From Marinomonas sp. (GTDB lineage: Bacteria > Pseudomonadota > Gammaproteobacteria > Pseudomonadales > Marinomonadaceae), in contig JBDVLX010000174.1 in assembly GCA_039970455.1 (NCBI GenBank), positions 7,626 through 71,625 of the forward strand: DNA of 64,000 nucleotides, in the 5' to 3' direction. Below, piece after piece: positions 19,556-28,942 of this stretch. The notes below the pieces were generated by a model, which saw only the letters and a program-made list of their open reading frames with translations, ran no database searches and was not told the DNA's origin. How positions within the stretch are numbered: the first letter of the stretch is position 1; the number at the start of each line of letters is the position of its first letter. Both the position numbers and the translations under genes were made by a program.

Positions 19556-20833
19556 GTGAAGCTAGACGTTGAGACTTTAGACACTTCGATTGAAGTGAGA
19601 ACAACAGTGACCAAAAGCAAAGAATCCATACTGGAAATGTATGTGTTTTTGCCTAAAGATATGGCGATACGTGAACGCAACGTAAACGCCAACATACTGC
19701 TAGATTCAAAAACGTCTCGCTATCATTACTCTATTTCTAAATCGACATTTCCATTATTGAAGCTAAAAGCAGAAAGACCTGAAAACAAAGAAGATTTTCC
19801 GATTTTCCTAAAGGCTTTCAAACTAAAAGTCTCTAAACTCATCCAAGACATTACAAACAACAACGAAACACCTAAGAAATTTCTCGACACCCTATCGTCC
19901 TTATTAACAGACTTAAGAAGTACCCCCACAACAGAGATAAACAAAAAAGACTTTATTGTTGCCGATGAGCTTTGCTCTTATTATGCCGAGCAAATGACTC
20001 TTTTCTATTGTGACAAATGTAAGAAGAGAAAAATCAGTGCCGTTAATTTTGATGAGCTCATCGACTTTGCCAACGAAGAAAGAACCTATAGAAAACAGAA
20101 ATATGGGTTGAAGTCGAAAGAGGCTCAACACATGCGCAGAAAGGAAGATCATTTCTGTAAATCTATCAATATCGCTCAACAAAACCGAAAATTGGGCGTT
20201 GTCCGAGAACAGATAGCCTTTAGCATTAGTGCCTTTTTATCCATGTTGTTAACGACATTGATCGTTTTCTATTTCCAACGAGGCTACGGGACGGTGTCGT
20301 TTGCTGTCTTCATGGCACTTTGTATTAGCTATATTTTTAAAGATCGATTTAAAGAGATTTTCCGAAATTATGTTGTAAAGAAGATGAACAAAGGGAAGTT
20401 CAGCATTAAAAGCACCTTGATTGACAGCACCAAAAAAATTGTGGGGTATTGCTATGATTTAGCTGAATTTAAAACACCAGAAGAAGAGATTTTAAACATA
20501 AGAGGAACCGGAAAATTCACCAAAAAAGATGAAGATGAAGTGGTGATTTATTATAAGAAAAAATACGATATGAATGATAATTTCAAAAACGATTTCACGC
20601 AAATCCGAGACTCTGTCAGCATAAACATCAACACCTTATTAGAGTTCCTTCCAGACGTGACATTGCGATATATGAGCTTGGAAAAAGACGAGCTAATGAA
20701 ACGAAAATTCTCCATGTTGCATGATCTAAATATCATTTTCCGCCTGAATGGAAAAAAGATAGAACGCTATCGACTTAAGATTTCCCATTCCAATATAGAA
20801 AAGCTAGAGCGCGTAAAACTACCAACAAGATAA
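19556..20833 (+). CDS. Hypothetical 425-aa protein with a central two-TM hairpin
   Basis: Long ORF (GTG start after AGGAG), AT-rich; hydrophobic pair at ~aa 219-262 flanked by charged soluble domains. Confidence 0.85.
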   Translation: MKLDVETLDTSIEVRTTVTKSKESILEMYVFLPKDMAIRERNVNANILLDSKTSRYHYSISKSTFPLLKLKAERPENKEDFPIFLKAFKLKVSKLIQDITNNNETPKKFLDTLSSLLTDLRSTPTTEINKKDFIVADELCSYYAEQMTLFYCDKCKKRKISAVNFDELIDFANEERTYRKQKYGLKSKEAQHMRRKEDHFCKSINIAQQNRKLGVVREQIAFSISAFLSMLLTTLIVFYFQRGYGTVSFAVFMALCISYIFKDRFKEIFRNYVVKKMNKGKFSIKSTLIDSTKKIVGYCYDLAEFKTPEEEILNIRGTGKFTKKDEDEVVIYYKKKYDMNDNFKNDFTQIRDSVSININTLLEFLPDVTLRYMSLEKDELMKRKFSMLHDLNIIFRLNGKKIERYRLKISHSNIEKLERVKLPTR

Positions 20834-20961
20834 GTAAAAATTATACCTTTATAGAGAGAAGACATTAGTTCTAGGAAGATGCGAAAAAGAGTGAAAAGAC
20901 TTATTTAAATCTAAGGCAGAATACGCTACTTTATTGTCTTTGTATGGGAAGACAATAAATA

Positions 20962-22671
20962 ATGGCTTTTGGCTTTTACTCACTACGACACGTATGTCTC
21001 ACTCTCTTTTTCTTGTTTATTTCTAGCGTCACTTTCGCTGAGATCTCAAATGTCGATATTGCATCGCCAGACTTTGTCTTAGAAAATTTCCAAATGAGTT
21101 ACTTTGTTGATATTTCTGAAGAAATGACATTGGAAGACGTTCAACAACAAACATTTACCCCTTCAACAAACAGCGTGTCTTTAGGCTCCAAAGCCAAAAC
21201 CACATGGGCAAAGATCGAGCTTCAAAATACAACAAAAACGATCATCACTGCTTTCCTGCACCACCCTTACGCTTACCATAATAAGTCTGTTGTTCTTTAC
21301 GAAGTGGTGGATGGACGCTTAGCCAACACTCGTATCCTAGACATGGATGATCCAGCCAGCTTAACTTGGATGCTAAAAGGCGTCGCGGCCTACGATGTTC
21401 ACTTACCCCCCAAACAACACACTACGCTTTATATAAAAAGCGTTTCCTTTTCCCATCAATGGTTTTCGTTAGATTTGTACGGAGAAGAACAATCTCGCCG
21501 CGCCCTTTTAGGCCAATATACAGAAATTGCTCTGTTAGTCGGAATGCTGTTGGCACTGATTATTTACAACTTAAGCTTATTCGCGTTCTCAGCTCAAAAA
21601 GAGCATTTATTTTACGCTTTATACCTAATCAGCGGAGGCTTCTGGTCAGCCTTATCTTATGGCCTACTTGCCGACCTCTTTGAGGTATACGGCAGTGTTA
21701 CGATCAATTGGCATATTTCGTTGGGCGCAATGCCAGTTTTCTTACTGTTATTTATGATGGAAATTTTTGAAACCAAGAAAAAGTATCCTATAGAACACAA
21801 AGCGCTGGCGATTACTGCCACCTTAATCACCCTCAACTTTATGTATGGTGCGGTCGATATTATCACCTCGCTGAAACACTCAAATATGCTGGCGGCCATC
21901 ATGATGGTGGTCAGTCTCGCGGTTTCTGTTTCTATGATAATACGCCGCCACCCTATTGCCCCGTTCTTCTTATTAGGGCACAGCTTGTTTCTTATCTTTA
22001 GCGTAAAAGCCCTGCTCTTCTATAGCGGTCGAGCTGACTTTACTTATATCAATAGTCACGGCGTTGGCATCGGTATTCTCTTAGAAGGTTTGGTTTTGGC
22101 TTTTATCATTGCATACCGCATTCGCACATTAGAAGCGATAAAAGCCTCTCAAGAGCAATTAAAAATCCAAGCAACAACGGACTCTATGACTCAGCTTTTC
22201 AACCGAGGCTACTTTAACCAACAAGTTAGAAGCCTGATTAATGATTCAAAATGCTTAGAAATGGGCAGCTATATAGCCATCATAGATATCGACTTTTTCA
22301 AAAATATTAATGACTCCTATGGCCACGCTTTTGGCGATAAAGCCATTATTGAGACGGCGAGGGCCATAAAAGAAAATAGTCGAGGAAGTGACGTGGTTGC
22401 CCGCTATGGTGGAGAAGAGTTTGTTATCTTCATGCCAGAAACCACACAATGCCAAGCGTTTGAGCTAGCGGAGAAAATTCGTACCAGCTTAAAAGCCACA
22501 CTTTATACAGACGACCACAAGCCGTTAAACCTTACCGTCAGCATTGGCTTGTGTGAGATAAACGATCAAGAGTCTGACCTAGATATATGCCTAAACAATG
22601 CAGATAAAGCATTGTATATCGCAAAGAAACAAGGAAAAGATCAGACGAAGGTTTATTCTGAAGAAATGTAA
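20962..22671 (+). CDS. Diguanylate cyclase with 7TM-DISM sensor (7TMR-DISMED2 + 7TM + GGDEF)
   Basis: Extracellular domain, seven hydrophobic helices starting GMLLALIIYNL, DSMTQLFNRG, RGSDVVARYGGEEF. Confidence 0.93.
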   Translation: MAFGFYSLRHVCLTLFFLFISSVTFAEISNVDIASPDFVLENFQMSYFVDISEEMTLEDVQQQTFTPSTNSVSLGSKAKTTWAKIELQNTTKTIITAFLHHPYAYHNKSVVLYEVVDGRLANTRILDMDDPASLTWMLKGVAAYDVHLPPKQHTTLYIKSVSFSHQWFSLDLYGEEQSRRALLGQYTEIALLVGMLLALIIYNLSLFAFSAQKEHLFYALYLISGGFWSALSYGLLADLFEVYGSVTINWHISLGAMPVFLLLFMMEIFETKKKYPIEHKALAITATLITLNFMYGAVDIITSLKHSNMLAAIMMVVSLAVSVSMIIRRHPIAPFFLLGHSLFLIFSVKALLFYSGRADFTYINSHGVGIGILLEGLVLAFIIAYRIRTLEAIKASQEQLKIQATTDSMTQLFNRGYFNQQVRSLINDSKCLEMGSYIAIIDIDFFKNINDSYGHAFGDKAIIETARAIKENSRGSDVVARYGGEEFVIFMPETTQCQAFELAEKIRTSLKATLYTDDHKPLNLTVSIGLCEINDQESDLDICLNNADKALYIAKKQGKDQTKVYSEEM

Positions 22672-22677
22672 AAATCG

Positions 22678-22700
22678 AAACGGGGCAATACGCCCCGTTT
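22678..22700. terminator. Bidirectional intrinsic terminator
   Basis: AAACGGGGC-AATAC-GCCCCGTTT between convergent genes. Confidence 0.85.
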
Positions 22701-22710
22701 TACTGATAAA

Positions 22711-23211
22711 TTAGTACTTACCCAATTCAAGTACTGTTTGCTCAAGAACTTTGCTGCCGTCCATTGCTTTAATTGTTACGTAATACGCATGATCTTTACC
22801 ACCAGAGCAAGGTGGCATATAAGCACCCGCTTTATCCCAACCTGGACCACGGTGTTCTGCAATCATTTTGAAAGGTGCTGGTAAAGCGTATGTGTGACCT
22901 AAAACAGAAGGAATTTCTACTTCCGATACAGAAGAGGCTAACGTGTAGCTAATCTGCCCATGACCACCGTTATTCATATTTTGAGAGTCACGGTCGCTGT
23001 ATTCCATAACAATAACGTCTGTTCCTTTTGGCAACTTGCTAAGCGTCAAAGCTGGCGTCGCAGGGCTAATACCACCAAATTTTTGACACTGTTCAGCAGC
23101 TGGCACCGTTGAGCCGTCCCAAAATGTATCCGTTAGTTTAGCATCAAACGCCAGTGCGCCAGTGCTGATAGCAGACAAACCAAGTGATATAGCTAATACT
23201 TTAAGTTTCAT
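22711..23211 (-). CDS. Exported protein, possibly YbhB/YbcL (PEBP/Raf-kinase-inhibitor-like) family
   Basis: Signal peptide (GALA|F), P-x-L...lPKGT...MEYSD, GHG and YMPPCSGGKDHAY resembling the PEBP 'Y-GPCPP-G-H-Y' motif. Confidence 0.6.
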   Translation of the reverse strand: MKLKVLAISLGLSAISTGALAFDAKLTDTFWDGSTVPAAEQCQKFGGISPATPALTLSKLPKGTDVIVMEYSDRDSQNMNNGGHGQISYTLASSVSEVEIPSVLGHTYALPAPFKMIAEHRGPGWDKAGAYMPPCSGGKDHAYYVTIKAMDGSKVLEQTVLELGKY

Positions 23212-23438
23212 AACTGAGATCCCTTTTGTTCCATTTAAATGGCATTATTGACTTAATAACAAAGCTGTTACGTTAGATTACAGAAAAAGTATCACTTTAT
23301 GATGACAAAAAAGAAAGAAATACATTTTCCGATCTCATCTTTCATTTTTACTCAATAACCTCATCTCTCGTTTACCCGAGTTTGTGTTATAGTGATGGGT
23401 CATTAAAAAACATCAAATGGCGGGTTCAAAAAAAGCTC

Positions 23439-24062
23439 ATGGATAAACACAAAGGCAACTTATTCATTTTATCGGCTCCTTCTGGTGCGGGAAAATCTAC
23501 CTTGTACAAAGCCTTACTTAAGCAAGATCAGCAAGTACGCATTTCCATTTCTCACACCACAAGAGCGCCAAGAACAGGTGAAGAAGACGGTCGTGAGTAC
23601 TTCTTCACAGACCCAGAATCTTTCTTGGACATGATTGCGGAAGACGCCTTTTTTGAACACGCTCAAGTATTCGATAATTACTACGGCACATCGAAAGCAT
23701 CCATTTTCGATATGTTGGAGCAAGGCTTAGATGTGATCTTAGAAATTGATTGGCAAGGTGCTCGCCAAGTCCGTCAACTTTACCCTGAAGCCATAGGGAT
23801 TTTCATTCTTCCGCCGTCATTACAAGCCTTAGAAGAACGCTTAAAAGGTCGTGCAACCGACTCAGAAGAAGTGATTCAAAGACGCATGGCGAAGGCCGTT
23901 AATGAAATGTCCCATTACAACGAATACGATTTCGTCATCGTCAATGATGATTTAGATGAAGCTCTTTCTCAAATGGGGGCAATTTTTAAGGCTATGCGCT
24001 CAAAAACCCCGATTATCGAGCAAAAACATGGCAATCTTATAAATGATCTCTTGTCATTGTAA
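23439..24062 (+). CDS. gmk: Guanylate kinase
   Basis: SAPSGAGKST, SISHTTRAPR, LEIDWQGARQV; start placed at ATG 23439. Confidence 0.98.
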   Translation: MDKHKGNLFILSAPSGAGKSTLYKALLKQDQQVRISISHTTRAPRTGEEDGREYFFTDPESFLDMIAEDAFFEHAQVFDNYYGTSKASIFDMLEQGLDVILEIDWQGARQVRQLYPEAIGIFILPPSLQALEERLKGRATDSEEVIQRRMAKAVNEMSHYNEYDFVIVNDDLDEALSQMGAIFKAMRSKTPIIEQKHGNLINDLLSL

Positions 24063-24119
24063 GAAGCCGTTAAGTAGAATTACCCTTGGAAAAATAGATA
24101 ACTGAATACAGAGGTCAAA

Positions 24120-24344
24120 ATGGCTCGAGTTACCGTAGAAGATTGTTTAGAAAACGTTGATAACCGCTTTGAATTAGTGATGGTGTCATCAAAACGTGCA
24201 CGCCAACTAGCGACAGGTGGTGAGGAAGCGAAAGTGCCTTTAGAAGGCGACAAAGTAACGGTTATTGCACTACGTGAAATTGCTGAAAACTTGATTAACG
24301 CAGAAAACGTTGATCAACAAAAACACCCAGTTCACGAGTTTTAA
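24120..24344 (+). CDS. rpoZ: RNA polymerase omega subunit
   Basis: [30 protein letters not shown]. Confidence 0.98.
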   Translation: MARVTVEDCLENVDNRFELVMVSSKRARQLATGGEEAKVPLEGDKVTVIALREIAENLINAENVDQQKHPVHEF

Positions 24345-24405
24345 TTCAATGGTGTCGCTCATAGCACAACCGTCGCGCTTCTACTTTGCCTTTGTGAGGT
24401 GAGCG

Positions 24406-26523
24406 ATGTATACCATTGAAGATTTAGCACTGACACTCAGTCAGTACTTGCCTTATGACCAAGTTGCCAAGGTAAAACGCGCTTACTATTACGCCGAGCA
24501 AGCCCATGATGGCCAACGACGCAAAAGTGGCGAACCTTATGTCACCCATCCTCTCGCTGTCGCCGAAATTCTCTCTGAACTTCGAATGGATTGTGATGGA
24601 CTGACGGCAGCACTTTTACATGACGTCATAGAAGATACCGGCATCAGCCGCGAAGCACTCACTGAACAGTTTGGTGAAGGTGTCGCAAGCTTGGTAGATG
24701 GCGTTAGTAAATTGACTCACCTTGAGTTCAATAACCAGCTCGAAAAACAAGCTCATAACTTCCAAAAAATGGCCATGGCCATGGCAGATGACATTCGAGT
24801 GATCTTGGTTAAATTAGCGGACCGCTTACATAATATGCGCACATTGGACGCCATGCCGGCCAATAAAAAGCGTCGTATCGCCCGCGAAACCCTAGAGATT
24901 TACGCGCCAATTGCAAACCGTTTAGGTATGTACAATGTGCGTGTTGAGTTAGAGTCTCTTGCTTTTCAAGCTTATTACCCGATGCGTGCTCGCATGCTAC
25001 AACGGGCCATCCATAAAATGTATGGTCAGCAACGCATCAAGGACACTCAAAAGATTGAAGATACGATTCGATCAGAGTTGGCAGCAGATTATATCGAAGC
25101 CAGCATCAGTGTTCGTGAAAAACACATTTACAGTATTTACCAGAAAATGGATAAAAAGCGCCGTTCATTGAATGAAATCATGGACGTTAATGGTGTTCGC
25201 ATCGTGACTGATCGTCACGATAGCTGTTACCGCATATTGGGCGTTATCCATTCTCTCTTCAAACCGATTGAAGGCCGCTTTAAAGATTACATCGCTGTCC
25301 CTAAATCCAATGGCTACCAATCGCTTCATACCACTGTTTTAGGTACGAATGGTATTCCAATGGAAGTGCAGATACGCACTGAAGAAATGGATCTAGTCGC
25401 CAATAATGGTATTGCGGCTCATTGGGCTTATAAAGCCAATGGCACCTCCAACACGCCAAGTAATCATGACCGTGCGACAAAATGGGTGAAAAGCCTACTC
25501 GAAATCCAGCAAAAAGCGCGCAACCCTGTCGAGTTTGTCGATAACGTGAAAAGCGATCTGTTCCCAGATGAAGTGTATGTGTTTACGCCAAACGGGCAAA
25601 TCATTGAACTTCCTTCTGGCGCCACTCCGGTAGACTTCGCTTATGGCGTTCACACTGAGATAGGCAACACCTGTATCTCGTGTCGTATTAACCGACGCCT
25701 TGCGCCATTAAGTACTCAACTTGAAAGTGGCCAAACGGTTGAAATCATTACCGCCAATAATGCTCAGCCAAATGTGGCATGGCTAAGCTTTGCGATTACA
25801 GGCAAAGCCCGCACTAACATTCGTCACTATTTGAAAGACAAGCAACGTGAAAACGCCATTTCTATTGGTAGTCGCCTACTCACTCGTTCGTTGAATGCTT
25901 TCAAAACCAATATTGACGAATTGACCTCAGAGCAAATTGCGCAGGTATTAGAAAACCACCAGCTGACGTCTATGGACGACTTATTAGAATCCATTGGGAA
26001 AGGCCGCCATGTTGGCTACTTGGTTGCCAGAGAGCTATTCCCGAATTTTGATGAAGAAACCTTGGTAACGCCTAAATCCTTTAAGGTAAATGGTTCCGAA
26101 GGCATGCTTATTTCTTATGCCAAATGTTGTGCACCGATACCTGGTGACCCGATTGTCGGTTACGTCCAAGTGGACAAAGGCATCATCATTCACCATTTGA
26201 ATTGCCCGAATGTTCAAGATCACTTATCCAGCCCTGAGCGCTTTATTCACATGGCATGGGGCAAGGAAATCGAAGAAGAGCTGCATATCAGCTTGATCGT
26301 AAGTTACATCAATGAACGAGGCGCCGTTGCCAAAATTGCCAGCTCGATCAGCGATACCGATTTCCAAGTTTCAAACTTAGACATTATTGAACGTGGCCGA
26401 GTCAGCCGTTTACGCTTGAATATTACCATTTCCAGCCGTGTTGGTTTGGCCGATGTTATGCGCCGAATCAAGGCCGTACGTTGTGTCGAAAAAGTATCAC
26501 GCGAGACGATAGTGGGGCGCTAA
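24406..26523 (+). CDS. spoT: Bifunctional (p)ppGpp synthetase/hydrolase SpoT
   Basis: HD domain (LLHDVIED, KLADRLHNMRT), RFKDY synthetase motif, TGS and C-terminal ACT regions; gmk-rpoZ-spoT synteny. Confidence 0.97.
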   Translation: MYTIEDLALTLSQYLPYDQVAKVKRAYYYAEQAHDGQRRKSGEPYVTHPLAVAEILSELRMDCDGLTAALLHDVIEDTGISREALTEQFGEGVASLVDGVSKLTHLEFNNQLEKQAHNFQKMAMAMADDIRVILVKLADRLHNMRTLDAMPANKKRRIARETLEIYAPIANRLGMYNVRVELESLAFQAYYPMRARMLQRAIHKMYGQQRIKDTQKIEDTIRSELAADYIEASISVREKHIYSIYQKMDKKRRSLNEIMDVNGVRIVTDRHDSCYRILGVIHSLFKPIEGRFKDYIAVPKSNGYQSLHTTVLGTNGIPMEVQIRTEEMDLVANNGIAAHWAYKANGTSNTPSNHDRATKWVKSLLEIQQKARNPVEFVDNVKSDLFPDEVYVFTPNGQIIELPSGATPVDFAYGVHTEIGNTCISCRINRRLAPLSTQLESGQTVEIITANNAQPNVAWLSFAITGKARTNIRHYLKDKQRENAISIGSRLLTRSLNAFKTNIDELTSEQIAQVLENHQLTSMDDLLESIGKGRHVGYLVARELFPNFDEETLVTPKSFKVNGSEGMLISYAKCCAPIPGDPIVGYVQVDKGIIIHHLNCPNVQDHLSSPERFIHMAWGKEIEEELHISLIVSYINERGAVAKIASSISDTDFQVSNLDIIERGRVSRLRLNITISSRVGLADVMRRIKAVRCVEKVSRETIVGR

Positions 26524-26565
26524 ACAAGTCGCTCTTATTCAACATTTCAAAATAGGATATTGATT

Positions 26566-26952
26566 ATGCCAAAACAAGTTGTTCACACAGAAAACGCACC
26601 TGCTGCTATCGGTCCATACTCTCAAGCAGTTCGCGCAGGAAACACAGTTTACCTTTCTGGCCAAATTCCTTTGGTACCAGAAACAATGGAAGTCATCAGC
26701 GAAGACATCGTTGAGCAAACCACGCAAGTCTTCAAAAACTTACAAGCAGTTTGCGAAGCAGCAGGCGGTTCATTGGAAAACGTGGTTAAGTTCAATATTT
26801 TCATGACAGATCTGGGCAACTTCGCAACAGTTAACGAAGTGATGACTCAATTTGTTAAACAACCATACCCAGCTCGTGCGGCTATGGGTGTTCGCGCTTT
26901 ACCAAAAGGCGTGCAAGTTGAAATCGAAGGTATCATGGTGCTAGAAGACTAA
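26566..26952 (+). CDS. ridA: RidA/YjgF family imine deaminase
   Basis: [30 protein letters not shown]. Confidence 0.93.
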   Translation: MPKQVVHTENAPAAIGPYSQAVRAGNTVYLSGQIPLVPETMEVISEDIVEQTTQVFKNLQAVCEAAGGSLENVVKFNIFMTDLGNFATVNEVMTQFVKQPYPARAAMGVRALPKGVQVEIEGIMVLED

Positions 26953-26976
26953 TCTCTTCAGCCTATTGAAAACCAT

Positions 26977-27005
26977 AAAAAGAGGCCCTTTATCGGCCTC
27001 TTTTT
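26977..27005. terminator. Bidirectional intrinsic terminator
   Basis: AAAAAGAGGCC-CTTTATC-GGCCTCTTTTT. Confidence 0.88.
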
Positions 27006-27014
27006 TTATGCCTA

Positions 27015-27866
27015 TTAAGACAGATTGCCCTCATTTTTATATTCAAGCAATAGACTTTGATAACCAGAAACATAACTAGGATAACGAGGTCGCCAACCTT
27101 GCAACGAAAGATACTGACCTTGAATTCGCTTGCCTGACGCTGGGATAAAATCATGAACATTTTTGATAGCTGGCGTGACACCTAAACAGGTTGCAAGCCA
27201 TAACTTCACTTCCCACATAGAAACGGGCGTTTGATCTGTGACGATTACTTGATTAGGTAAAGCTTTTCCAGCGACAGCACATTCAGCCAAAGTCACCAAA
27301 GCAGACACAACGTCATCGCGATGAATGCGATTCGTCCAACTGTTCGCCCCCCAGTCTTCGCCACTTTCTATTTTCTGTAGTAATCGAAAACGCCCTGAGC
27401 CATAAATCCCTGAACAGCGAACGGCCACGGTCGGAAATACCGAAGTGAGCGCAAACTCTGTTTCTCGAAGAATGCTCGAGGTCGCTGACTTAGGCTGCGC
27501 AGGCGTTGTTTCATCAATCCACTCACCTTGGCTTTCGCCATAAACACTTGTACTGGAAATAAAAAATATTTGAGGCGGCTTGCTTTGTGATTGGTATCTA
27601 CGAATCAAGGCTTGAGCCGTATTAAAATAGGCGGTTCGATACGCTTCTTCCGTTCGCCCTTTGGGTGTCATGATCAAAAAGATGATATCTACATCAGGAA
27701 GAGCACTGCCTTCCATCGTCACCAAGTCGCCAGTAATACCTATTACACCTGCAGGAAATTCCACGCCAGTTCGACGAATACCAATGACATTATGGCCTTG
27801 CGAAACAAGCTCATGACCTAGCCCTGAACCTAAATCACCACAACCAGCGATCAGTATTGTTGCCAT
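27015..27866 (-). CDS. NAD-dependent epimerase/dehydratase-like SDR (YeeZ-like)
   Basis: ILIAGCGDLG, ISSTSVYG, SGIYGSGR, TNRIHRDD. Confidence 0.88.
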   Translation of the reverse strand: MATILIAGCGDLGSGLGHELVSQGHNVIGIRRTGVEFPAGVIGITGDLVTMEGSALPDVDIIFLIMTPKGRTEEAYRTAYFNTAQALIRRYQSQSKPPQIFFISSTSVYGESQGEWIDETTPAQPKSATSSILRETEFALTSVFPTVAVRCSGIYGSGRFRLLQKIESGEDWGANSWTNRIHRDDVVSALVTLAECAVAGKALPNQVIVTDQTPVSMWEVKLWLATCLGVTPAIKNVHDFIPASGKRIQGQYLSLQGWRPRYPSYVSGYQSLLLEYKNEGNLS

Positions 27867-28027
27867 TTTCTCCTCCAGAGTGATGATTGATGCCTTCGCG
27901 TAACATTTAATAACACAGGATGAATCAAGAAATGTTCAGTAATAACAGAATCAACGAGTATACTTTATTGAATGGTGTATTATCATAGCTATTAACAATG
28001 AATCAGCCTACTTTAAAAAGGTGAGTT

Positions 28028-28933
28028 ATGACATTAACGGAATTGAAATACATAGTAATGCTGGCGGAGAAAAAGCATTTTGGACAAGCAGCAGAAAGCT
28101 GCCATGTTTCGCAACCAACGCTCAGTGTTGCAGTAAAAAAGCTGGAAGACGAACTGGGTACGGCTATTTTCGAACGCAGTAAAAGTTCGGTGTACATCAC
28201 GCCACTTGGCGAGCAAATCATTACTCAGGCAAAGCGCGTTCTCGATCAAGCAAACATGATCAAAGAACTGGCCGCGTCTGGTAAAAACCAATTAAAAGGC
28301 CCATTAAAAGTCGGTGCTATTTTTACCATCGCCCCTTACCTTTTCCCTTTTATGATCCCTTCTTTGCATAAAATTGTGTCTGGCATGCCGTTGTCAATTG
28401 AAGAAGATTTAACGGAAAACCTTCGTCCAAAACTGCGTAACGGCGAGTTAGACGCCATTATCGTCGCTTTACCTTTCCGTGAGCCTGATGTCGTAACACA
28501 ACCTATTTATGAAGAAGAGTTTGTTGTTCTCATGCCAAAGGGGCACCCTTGGACGAAATTAGAGAGCATAGAAACCGACCAGCTATCAACGGACAACCTT
28601 TTATTGCTAGGCAAAGGCCATTGCTTCAGTGAGCAAGTTTTAGAAGCCTGCCCTATTGTGACTGAAAGTGAGTTTGATGATGGCCGAACCGTCGTCAATG
28701 GCAGCTCATTAGAAACCATCCGCTACATGGTGGCGTCTGGCTTAGGTGTGACCGTATTGCCAAAATCTGCGGTCACCAATATCGATCACGATATGTTGGA
28801 AGTTCGCCCTTTTACTGCGCCTGTACCGAAACGCACGGTAGCACTTGCGTGGCGAGCGAGCTTCCCTCGTCCAAAAGCCATTGAAGCCGTAAGCCAATCC
28901 ATTCGTGATGCTTGCAAGCAATTAAATCTGTAG
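28028..28933 (+). CDS. oxyR: Hydrogen peroxide-sensing regulator OxyR
   Basis: LysR HTH; LGKGHCFSEQVLEAC redox Cys pair (C-X8-C); adjacent to recG. Confidence 0.96.
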   Translation: MTLTELKYIVMLAEKKHFGQAAESCHVSQPTLSVAVKKLEDELGTAIFERSKSSVYITPLGEQIITQAKRVLDQANMIKELAASGKNQLKGPLKVGAIFTIAPYLFPFMIPSLHKIVSGMPLSIEEDLTENLRPKLRNGELDAIIVALPFREPDVVTQPIYEEEFVVLMPKGHPWTKLESIETDQLSTDNLLLLGKGHCFSEQVLEACPIVTESEFDDGRTVVNGSSLETIRYMVASGLGVTVLPKSAVTNIDHDMLEVRPFTAPVPKRTVALAWRASFPRPKAIEAVSQSIRDACKQLNL

Positions 28934-28942
28934 GAAGGTCAG

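Noticed and set aside
18754-20860. Shared TACCTTTATA 10-mer just after the EamA stop and after the orphan-gene stop
   Set aside because: Low-complexity AT-rich match that does not bracket the orphan gene alone; not enough to call a target-site duplication.
223-23353. Inverted 9-mer GAGTAAAAA (223-231) / TTTTTACTC (23345-23353) at the two edges of the cargo region
   Set aside because: Short and AT-rich, so expected by chance. att sites would be direct repeats, and no transposase or integrase is present.
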